This document shows, in pieces, positions 56,931-64,000 of a DNA stretch of 64,000 bases; position 1 is the stretch's first letter, and each line of letters opens with the position of its first letter. This DNA comes from an uncultured Candidatus Saccharibacteria bacterium (GTDB lineage: Bacteria > Patescibacteriota > Minisyncoccia > Phycocordibacterales > UBA918). Location of the stretch: NCBI GenBank assembly GCA_964353135.1, contig CAYGTV010000001.1:216217-280216 (forward strand). The letters run 5' to 3'. The position numbers and the translations under genes were made by a program. The notes below the pieces were generated by a model. It was not told the origin of the DNA. It worked only from the letters and a program-made list of their open reading frames with translations, and ran no database searches.

Positions 56931-59825
56931 TTACTTCATGATAAAGTTAAGGATTCGTCCCGGCACGTAAATGGTTTTTACGATCTCTCCTTCAGCCAAT
57001 CTAGCCAGTAATTGTTGGTTATTCTGAGCCTCGGCAACAGCGGTCGCCTCGGTAGCATCTGGTGCAATGGTGATGTCTCCGCGTACCTTTCCATTAATCT
57101 GTACGCCGATTGTTACGGCTGAATCCTTAGCCAATTCAGCATCAAAGGTTGGAAAAGCACTTGTGTGGATACTCTCACTTTTTCCATGATCTCGCCAAAG
57201 CTCTTCAGTAAGATGTGGTGCAAACGGGGATAATAGCTGCAAGAATGTTGCGTATGAGTCGTCAGACAACCCCTCTTTTTCAGCAGTGTTAATGAAGATC
57301 ATCATGGCAGACACAGCGGTGTTGAACTTAAAGGCTTCGATATCCTCGCTGACTTTCTTGATGGTTTTGTGGAGTTGGCGGATGGTCTCCGTTGATTCTT
57401 CTACATCTCCATCTAATACGTGCTCATTGAGTCCGTTTACCCGTTCTAAGAAGCGTCTGGCACCCACCAACCCATCTTGCGACCAGGCAATGGTGTTTTC
57501 AAAAGGTCCCATAAACATTTCGTATACCCGGAGTGTGTCAGCACCCACCAACTCAACTATGTCATCTGGATTGATCACATTCCCCCACCGTTTCGACATC
57601 TTGCGCCCATCCTCTGCCAAGATAAACCCTAGGAATTCCAGTCGTTGAAATGGTTCAAGGGTACTGACAACCCCCTCATCGTAGAGGAACTTGTGCCAAA
57701 ATCGCGCGTAGATGAGGTGACGCACAGCGTGGTCGCCTCCCACGTACACATCAACCGGCTGCCAAGCTTTTTCAAGCTCAGGGTCAACTAGGGCCTGGTC
57801 ATTCTTTGGGTCTATGTAACGCAAGTAGTACCACGACGAACCGGCCCATTGTGGCATGGTGTTGGTTTCGCGTTTGGCTTCGATTAGGACCTGACCGTCA
57901 GGTGCGCTATCTGCTACAACGAAGTCTCCAGATTCATTTACATATCCAGTCACGTTTACCCAGTTATCAATTTTAGCTAGTGGCGATTGTCCGTCGCCCG
58001 CTGGCTCGTAGTGGTCTACTTCAGGCAAAGTAACTGGCAGTTGTTCCAAGGCAATCGGGTACACAGTTCCGTCAGCTGTATGCACAACCGGGATTGGTTC
58101 ACCCCAGTATCGTTGTCGTGAAAATACCCAATCTTTTATCTTGTAGGTTTTAGTCATTCGACCGCCAACTTTTTTTACGATAGCTGCTTTTGCTTCTTCT
58201 GAGTCCATGCCGTCGAATTCTGCTGAATCAACAAGAACCCCAACGCCACAATGAATCTCATTATTTTGGTATGCATTCCAAGCTCGAGTGTGCCACTTCC
58301 ACGTAATTAACTCATCGACATTTTCTTTTGGAACCCACTCAACAGTATGCTTCCCTTCATCTATTTCTGACTCAATCTGTTCCAGGTCATTTAGTTTAAC
58401 GTGGTAAAAACCAGAGATCCCCTGCTGGTTAATTCCTTTACTGTGTCGATAGCCAACTGACTGGGTTCTAAAAATACACTTTTCCGTTACAAACTGGAAT
58501 TTAGAATATCCTGTTTCTTCCAGTAGTTCTCTAGCTACGGCTAACTTATCTTCCTCTCCGTCAGTTCCTCCACCAACAAAGTGAACCAGATCGCGATCAC
58601 CGTCCTTTTCTCTCTGCAGTAAGAAAGTCCCATCTGTTGGATGTTCAATAATTATATCTATACACGCTCTAGAAGGATTAGTTTCAACATTAGTTTTAGG
58701 CGCATCGGGCCCTTCACCATAAAAGATTGGTGCTATTACTTGCTTAATCTCAATCCCAAATTTCTTCGCAAAAGCAAAATCCCGTTCATCGTGTGCGGGT
58801 ACAGCCATGATGGCACCAGTTCCGTAGCCAGCAAGGACGTAGTCGGCGATATAAACCGGGATCTCTTCCCCACTCGCTGGATTAGTGGCAGTAATTCCTT
58901 CTAATTTCACCCCGGTCTTTTCTTTGGTGTCGTCGAGACGATCCATTTCCTTTTTGTTCGCAGCTTCTTGTATATAAGCCTCGACTTCTGTCCAGTTGCT
59001 GATTGATTCCTTATGTTTGATCACTAGCTCGTGTTCAGGAGCTAACACCATGTACGTCGCACCATAGAGCGTATCAGGGCGGGTTGTAAATACAGACACA
59101 GTCTCGTCCACTGACAATTTGAAGTCAATTTCTGCCCCTTCGCTACGTCCGATCCAGTTTCGCTGGGCTTCTTTGATGTGCTCTGGCCATTCTAGCTTGT
59201 CGAGGTCCTCTAGCATTCGATCAGCGTACGCACGGATGTTGAGCACCCACTGTCGCATTGGGCGCTTTTCAACGAGGCTGTCGCAACGTTCACACGTACC
59301 ATCGCTTTCGAGGTCTTCGTTAGCCAAACCTGTTTGACAACCCGGACACCAGTTGATTGGCTCGTGACTTTGGAACGCTAGGTCTTTTTTCAAAAGCTGG
59401 ATAAAGATCCATTGCGTCCACTTATAAAACTCTGGGTCGGTGGTGTTGATCTCGCGCCCCCAGTCATAGTCAAAGCCAAGCTTTGCTAGTTGTGACTTAA
59501 AATTAGCGACGTTTTTTTCTACCGCTGCTCTAGGGTGGACCTTATTTTTGATCGCATAGTTTTCTGCTGGTAAACCAAACGCGTCCCAGCCCATTGGGTG
59601 CAACACTTCATGCCCGGTCATTCGCTTGAACCGACTATAGATGTCAGTGGCGATATAGCCCTTGGGGTGACCAACGTGCAGCCCTTCACCAGATGGATAC
59701 GGGAACATATCGAGCACAAAGCACTTTGGTTTGTCCGAGTCAGACTCGGTAGTATAGATACCACTATCAGCCCAGTCTTGCTGCCATTTTCCCCCGATTG
59801 CTTTGTGGTCAAACTTTCTATGCAT
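56931..59825 (-). CDS. leuS: Leucine--tRNA ligase with inserted Nudix domain
   Basis: MFPYPSG..HVGH, GTGAIMAVPAHDERD, SRQRYWG, KMSKR; Nudix box at ~58507-58574. Confidence 0.96.
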   Translation of the reverse strand: MHRKFDHKAIGGKWQQDWADSGIYTTESDSDKPKCFVLDMFPYPSGEGLHVGHPKGYIATDIYSRFKRMTGHEVLHPMGWDAFGLPAENYAIKNKVHPRAAVEKNVANFKSQLAKLGFDYDWGREINTTDPEFYKWTQWIFIQLLKKDLAFQSHEPINWCPGCQTGLANEDLESDGTCERCDSLVEKRPMRQWVLNIRAYADRMLEDLDKLEWPEHIKEAQRNWIGRSEGAEIDFKLSVDETVSVFTTRPDTLYGATYMVLAPEHELVIKHKESISNWTEVEAYIQEAANKKEMDRLDDTKEKTGVKLEGITATNPASGEEIPVYIADYVLAGYGTGAIMAVPAHDERDFAFAKKFGIEIKQVIAPIFYGEGPDAPKTNVETNPSRACIDIIIEHPTDGTFLLQREKDGDRDLVHFVGGGTDGEEDKLAVARELLEETGYSKFQFVTEKCIFRTQSVGYRHSKGINQQGISGFYHVKLNDLEQIESEIDEGKHTVEWVPKENVDELITWKWHTRAWNAYQNNEIHCGVGVLVDSAEFDGMDSEEAKAAIVKKVGGRMTKTYKIKDWVFSRQRYWGEPIPVVHTADGTVYPIALEQLPVTLPEVDHYEPAGDGQSPLAKIDNWVNVTGYVNESGDFVVADSAPDGQVLIEAKRETNTMPQWAGSSWYYLRYIDPKNDQALVDPELEKAWQPVDVYVGGDHAVRHLIYARFWHKFLYDEGVVSTLEPFQRLEFLGFILAEDGRKMSKRWGNVINPDDIVELVGADTLRVYEMFMGPFENTIAWSQDGLVGARRFLERVNGLNEHVLDGDVEESTETIRQLHKTIKKVSEDIEAFKFNTAVSAMMIFINTAEKEGLSDDSYATFLQLLSPFAPHLTEELWRDHGKSESIHTSAFPTFDAELAKDSAVTIGVQINGKVRGDITIAPDATEATAVAEAQNNQQLLARLAEGEIVKTIYVPGRILNFIMK

Positions 59826-59885
59826 ATACCCAATGATTACCCGTTAAAGAACAATCATTGTGCCATTGAGAGAGGGGTTTGTAAA

Positions 59886-60149
59886 TTATTTTGTAAAGAC
59901 AAAAGCTGTTGATCCTACTGTGATTAATGTAGTAACAATAGTCGATGCAATCAAAATCAGCCAAAATTTAATCGATTGAAGTGTTCGTTTATCTATCTGA
60001 GCGTCAGCGTACTTTTGAACCTTTTCCATGAATGGTACAGAGTCTACCCTTTCGTCTATAATGTTGCAGACTCTAACTCGCCAATCATCGTGAGAAATAA
60101 GCTGAGTTGCCTTTTCGTCAATAAACTGTTTAATCTCAGCTTCGTTCAT
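59886..60149 (-). CDS. Hypothetical protein with C-terminal TM
   Basis: 87 aa; starts 2 nt after the upstream ORF. Confidence 0.6.
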   Translation of the reverse strand: MNEAEIKQFIDEKATQLISHDDWRVRVCNIIDERVDSVPFMEKVQKYADAQIDKRTLQSIKFWLILIASTIVTTLITVGSTAFVFTK

Positions 60150-60151
60150 GA

Positions 60152-60400
60152 TTATTGTTTTGTTGTCTTAGCTTTTTCTTTATTAGAATTATCCATCATA
60201 ACTTGATAGACCATTTTAATTGCAACTCGAACAGCCACACTGTATCTTGTAGCTTTCGGCATTTTTGCAAGTGTGTCTTGATCTTCATCTTTTTCAAAGT
60301 GTTGAACTAGAAAACTAATTTGTTCTAGTTCCTCACCAGAAAAGACCAATTCTAAACTGTCTTGACCATCAACCTCTTCAAATTTACTTTTTACAGCCAT
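60152..60400 (-). CDS. Hypothetical protein
   Basis: 82 aa; TAAAAT 7 nt before ATG. Confidence 0.6.
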   Translation of the reverse strand: MAVKSKFEEVDGQDSLELVFSGEELEQISFLVQHFEKDEDQDTLAKMPKATRYSVAVRVAIKMVYQVMMDNSNKEKAKTTKQ

Positions 60401-60423
60401 TTCACTTATTTTACCCCATTTTT

Positions 60424-61347
60424 TTAACTACTCAAGTTCTTCATATCCTCATCAATCACCCGGTCAAAGCACCAGTCGCCGGCTTTGTAGTTCCAGTTGT
60501 AGTTGTTGCGCATGATGCTGCTGTCAGCGACTGGCATCGGTCGATATTGTTGTTGTAGCTCGTTTACGTCGTAGTTAAACGTGGTGCACAGCTGATACTC
60601 TGTCTCGCTGGTTGGAGTGTAGCTGTACTCAGCCAGTTCGGCAGTTACCGGGGGCAGGTCGAATTCACCATATACCTCCTCAAGGGTTGCTGGGAGAGCT
60701 TCATTGGCTCGGTAGTAGTCTTCTACACGCCACTGGATGTCTTGAAGGATACCGACCATTTCATTGTCAGCTTTCATTTCACGGACTGTGCTGGGGTTAG
60801 GGATCTGGGTCAGGGACATAATCATGGTGGCGGCAACAAGTACGGTTACTACTGCTGCATATATGTACGACTGTCGTTCGTGCTCCAGCCAGTACCCTTG
60901 GGCGTCTTTGATGTAGTAGAAGAAGGCTGCGCCGGTTACCACTGCTACAGCTAGTGCTTTGAGGATAAACCGCATAGTCAGTTCACCTTCGAGTAGCCCC
61001 ATCACTACAACCGCCAGATCAACCAGTAGTGTAATACCGGCTACCAGTAGTGACAGATAAATCAACCATTTGGTCAGACCGAGGTAGTGACTGTCGTCAC
61101 TAGTGCGGCGGTTTTTGTTAACCATGCGGGTGAGCACTAGATAAGTTGGGAAAAACACCAGTACCATGGCAAAGCCCAGTCGGACGCTGCTGGCGGCGCT
61201 TTCGATTGCCCATACGCCGTCTAGCGCGTCTGGGAAGCGTAGATTAATGAGTCCAAAAGAAAGGACTAAGAAAAATGCGATTGATAAGTACAGTGCAACC
61301 AGCGAACCCAATTGCAGGACAAAATGTTTTGCGGTGTGATTGTTCAT
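60424..61347 (-). CDS. DUF5671-like membrane protein
   Basis: TM helices, KWLIYLSL, GELTMRFILK, C-terminal Y.LC..F domain. Confidence 0.7.
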   Translation of the reverse strand: MNNHTAKHFVLQLGSLVALYLSIAFFLVLSFGLINLRFPDALDGVWAIESAASSVRLGFAMVLVFFPTYLVLTRMVNKNRRTSDDSHYLGLTKWLIYLSLLVAGITLLVDLAVVVMGLLEGELTMRFILKALAVAVVTGAAFFYYIKDAQGYWLEHERQSYIYAAVVTVLVAATMIMSLTQIPNPSTVREMKADNEMVGILQDIQWRVEDYYRANEALPATLEEVYGEFDLPPVTAELAEYSYTPTSETEYQLCTTFNYDVNELQQQYRPMPVADSSIMRNNYNWNYKAGDWCFDRVIDEDMKNLSS

Positions 61348-61408
61348 ATACTTTTATATTACTCCTGTGTAAGGTAAAAAGAAACAGCCTGCTGGTGTGG
61401 CAGGACTG

Positions 61409-61594
61409 TCATTCTTTTGTTATTCGCTTACCCAATGGCGGTAAAGCGGGTAATAAGCGCTCTACACGAGCGTCTTGGAACTTTTTCCTCGCTCGAGAGA
61501 CCCTTGCCACTTTGTTTGGCGGTTTGGGTTCCTTAGCTGATGTAGCAATGGTGCTACGAACAAGGTCCCGGACAGTGTCATCTTTTGCTTTCAT
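61409..61594 (-). CDS. Basic hypothetical protein, SD-led mini-cassette H (61 aa)
   Basis: TTGGCT-17-TAGTCT, AAAGGAG 8 nt before ATG 61594, terminator 61376-61409. Confidence 0.65.
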   Translation of the reverse strand: MKAKDDTVRDLVRSTIATSAKEPKPPNKVARVSRARKKFQDARVERLLPALPPLGKRITKE

Positions 61595-61648
61595 CCAAAG
61601 TACTCCTTTCAATAACCAGACTAGCAAAATTTGCTATACTAGCCAAAT

Positions 61649-61918
61649 ATGAAAAAAGAAGATCTTAAAAAAGCGCCAAAAGTTTTTTGTGAAAGTATTA
61701 ACGTGGCATTTACCCCTGAATACTTTGTACTCGCTCCTGCATCAGGAAACCAAGCCACCATCTATACCCTCACACCACAGCACGCCAAGCGACTCCAGCA
61801 GTACCTTACCCATCAAATCAATGAATTTGAATCAAAAAATGGCGTCATAGACGCCAAATGGGACCCCAACATTGTGAGTCCAGTTCAAAGGGTGAATCCT
61901 CCAAGAGAGCTTAGTTAG
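61649..61918 (+). CDS. DUF3467-like small protein
   Basis: TPEYFVL..LTPQHAKRL..Q...FE...G.I pattern. Confidence 0.7.
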   Translation: MKKEDLKKAPKVFCESINVAFTPEYFVLAPASGNQATIYTLTPQHAKRLQQYLTHQINEFESKNGVIDAKWDPNIVSPVQRVNPPRELS

Positions 61919-62216
61919 TTTCTTCGTCCACCTGCAGCTCTGCGTCCAATTCATCGTCAGTAGACGTACCGGTGCTGGACGCTTGTAGTGCAGCTTCGGC
62001 TGCTAGCCGGGCCGCTTCCTCTGAGGCAGCCTTTTCCTCTGGAGTCATAATGCTAAATGTGTTTGGAATTGGTTGTACAGCCGGCCTGGAAATACTGTTT
62101 TGGTTTAGATCAGGAGCAATTGCAGCTTCTGGTTTAAATAAGTAGTTAACCGCTGTAATTACTACAACGCCAAGAACGATAACTCCAACAATTCCAAAGA
62201 TGACAGTTTTATTCAT
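61911..62216 (-). CDS. Hypothetical membrane-anchored protein
   Basis: N-terminal TM, acidic tail; TATACT 7 nt before ATG. Confidence 0.65.
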   Translation of the reverse strand: MNKTVIFGIVGVIVLGVVVITAVNYLFKPEAAIAPDLNQNSISRPAVQPIPNTFSIMTPEEKAASEEAARLAAEAALQASSTGTSTDDELDAELQVDEETN

Positions 62217-62289
62217 TGCTCAAAGTATATCAGAGAAAATGCAAAACGAGCACCAGAGTACTCGTTTTGTTTAAGTCACCAGGTTATTG

Positions 62290-63390
62290 CTACGAGTGCA
62301 TAAATTCGATTACATCGCCGTCCTGTACGATGTACTCCTTCCCTTCAGTTCGTAGTTTGCCGGCTTCTTTGGCGGCGGCTTTACTTCCGGCAGCCACTAG
62401 ATCCTCAAACGCAACTACTTGCGCCCGAATGTATTTTGTTTGGAAATCGCTGTGGATGGCCGCTCCGGCCTGAGGCCCGGTGCTACCGATCGGTACCGTC
62501 CAGGCTCTGGTTTCTTCTGGCCCAGTGGTAAAGTAGCTCATCAGTCCTAGTCCGTCATAACATGCCCGAATCAGCCCTTCTACACCACTACCCTGCGCAC
62601 CGTACTCTCGGCGGAAGTCATTTTTTTCTTCCTCATTCATGTCTTTTAGCTCGTGCTCCATCCCGGCGTCTACCGTTACATACTCTGAACCAGTTGATTC
62701 AAAGAATTCTACTAGCTCTCGCCAACGGTCGTCGTTTTGTTCGTCTAAGTTAAAAGCGTCTTGTTTTTTATTGCAAACGTACAGAAACTTTTTGAGTGTA
62801 AGCAGGTTGAGACTTTTGATAATTTTCTTTTCCTCTGTAGTCATCTCGAGGCTGTTGGCTAGGTGTCCAGCATCTAGGTGTACCAGTAGTCGCTCTAGCA
62901 GCGCTTTTTCAGCAATAGCGTCTTTGTCGCCCTGCTTGGTGCCTTTTTCTAGCCCACCTATTCGCTTACTGATACTTTCGGCATCAGCCATGATCAGCTC
63001 CAAGTTGATCACCTCGATATCACCCATTGGGTCTACCTCACCTGTAACGTGATGGATGTCAGAATCCTCAAAAATTCGCACCACCTCGGCGATCATGTCA
63101 GTTTCGCGGATGTTTGCCAAGAACTTATTCCCTAGTCCTTCACCAGCTGACGCACCCTTTACCAGTCCAGCAATATCCATAAATTCCACGATGGCAGGCA
63201 AGATTTCCTTTGAACCACTGATGCTCGCGAGCGTTGCTAGTCTGCCGTCTGGTACAGGAATAACCCCAACCGATGGGTCGATAGTGGCAAACGGGTAGTT
63301 TGCCATCAGGACTTCATTTTTGGTAAGGGCGTTAAATAGGGTTGATTTTCCAACGTTTGGTAAACCAACGATTCCGACAGATAAACTCAT
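62290..63390 (-). CDS. ychF: Ribosome-binding ATPase YchF
   Basis: GLPNVGKSTLFNA, ANYPFATI, DIAGLVKGAS.GEGLGNKFL, EGKEYIVQDGD. Confidence 0.97.
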   Translation of the reverse strand: MSLSVGIVGLPNVGKSTLFNALTKNEVLMANYPFATIDPSVGVIPVPDGRLATLASISGSKEILPAIVEFMDIAGLVKGASAGEGLGNKFLANIRETDMIAEVVRIFEDSDIHHVTGEVDPMGDIEVINLELIMADAESISKRIGGLEKGTKQGDKDAIAEKALLERLLVHLDAGHLANSLEMTTEEKKIIKSLNLLTLKKFLYVCNKKQDAFNLDEQNDDRWRELVEFFESTGSEYVTVDAGMEHELKDMNEEEKNDFRREYGAQGSGVEGLIRACYDGLGLMSYFTTGPEETRAWTVPIGSTGPQAGAAIHSDFQTKYIRAQVVAFEDLVAAGSKAAAKEAGKLRTEGKEYIVQDGDVIEFMHS

Positions 63391-63414
63391 AGTTGGCGTA
63401 GTGTAGCAGAACGT

Positions 63415-63530
63415 ATAAAAATAAAAAGGCCCGGCGCGCAGTGTTGCAAACCGAAGCCTTGGGTGTCAGGCAGATAACGGAACGAGGGAAAGCGAGCCGC
63501 TTGGGGAATGTCCGTTTTCCACCTGACAAT
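63415..63530 (-). ncRNA. Candidate stand-alone sRNA: long hairpin with C-rich internal loop
   Basis: TG-A-TATACT at 63535-63543; tgtcaggtg/tgcctgaca, aacggac/gttccgtt, aagcg/cgctt stems; 3' structure + U-run. Confidence 0.55.
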
Positions 63531-63557
63531 GTTCAGTATATCAGATGACCATACAAA

Positions 63558-63585
63558 TAAAAAACTCTCCGCAATAGCGTGAGAG
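63558..63585 (-). terminator. Intrinsic terminator of the 6S-like RNA
   Basis: ctctc-a-cgc-tatt-gcg-gagag followed by TTTTTT. Confidence 0.75.
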
Positions 63586-63724
63586 CAAGCGGGAGGTTTG
63601 GGCATTTCGGCGTAGCGAATTCCAACAAACATTGAGCAGACGGTTAGCGTTGATTTTGACGCTCAGAGAAACACAAAGGGTGTCTGACCTTTGCTTGGAG
63701 AATAAATTCTCAACCTCCCACTTA
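63586..63724 (-). ncRNA. ssrS: 6S RNA-like element (~140 nt)
   Basis: Closing stem aagtgggaggtt/aacctcccgctt, central bubble, inner stem ccaagcaaa/tttgttgg; promoter TTGCCG-16-TACATT; own terminator. Confidence 0.5.
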
Positions 63725-63741
63725 CAATGTACCACTCGATT

Positions 63742-64000
63742 TTAAAACGGCAAGAAGTTTCGCTCGTATTCACAAAATTTAAGATCAGCTAGACTCATGT
63801 CTGTGAATCCAGCCATAGCAGCCTGGGCTTGCTTTCGGCCACCAATAGCGTCGATGAGGTCTACGTCTAGTGCGCGGCGCCCGGGCATGCTGGCACCAGT
63901 TGCAAGTTCGACTACTTCCCCGCGTGGTAATTCACGATACTCTACAATTATATCTATAAACTCGTTGTGAATGATGTCGAGATCAGCTTGTAGCAGTTCA
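63742..64000 (-). CDS. sppA: S49 peptidase (SppA-like) C-terminal part, truncated by window edge
   Basis: ELLQADLDIIHNEFIDIIVEYR..LATGASMPGRRALDVDLIDAIGG. Confidence 0.75.
   Translation of the reverse strand, partial: ELLQADLDIIHNEFIDIIVEYRELPRGEVVELATGASMPGRRALDVDLIDAIGGRKQAQAAMAGFTDMSLADLKFCEYERNFLPF

Noticed and set aside
63428-63530. SRP (4.5S) RNA or tmRNA
   Set aside because: No CAGG..GNRA..AGCAG domain IV motif, and no tRNA-like ends or tag ORF.
1-64000. tRNA/rRNA genes, IS elements, alternative genetic code
   Set aside because: No cloverleaf, rRNA or transposase signatures seen by eye; long ORFs are intact under code 11 with TGA stops.

Overview
Chromosomal segment of a small-genome bacterium, most likely Patescibacteria/CPR (Parcubacteria-like). 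This is inferred from the short AspRS, C-terminally truncated AlaRS, Nudix-inserted LeuRS, FtsA-like + baseplate-J-like gene pair and infA-rpsI operon detached from secY. TGA is used as stop (code 11). Mostly housekeeping: pgi/ROK, zwf-gnd-pgl, cell wall/division genes, scpAB, five aminoacyl-tRNA synthetases, grpE-dnaK-dnaJ, alpha operon + rplM-rpsI, mnmA, mltG, ychF. No tRNA, rRNA, CRISPR, prophage or transposase seen. The main signal is in expression elements. Core genes, including r-protein genes, essentially lack Shine-Dalgarno (SD) sites and many appear leaderless (-10 box 6-11 nt before ATG). In contrast, eight dispersed unrecognised small ORFs each carry a GGAG-core SD, a terminator hairpin and (7 of 8) a recognisable sigma70 promoter. 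The window also has several unexplained structured RNAs: a covarying tandem ~121-nt motif after rpsI, several ~110-130-nt rods with C-rich loops, and a 6S-like RNA. All calls are by eye; no database searches or folding programs were run.
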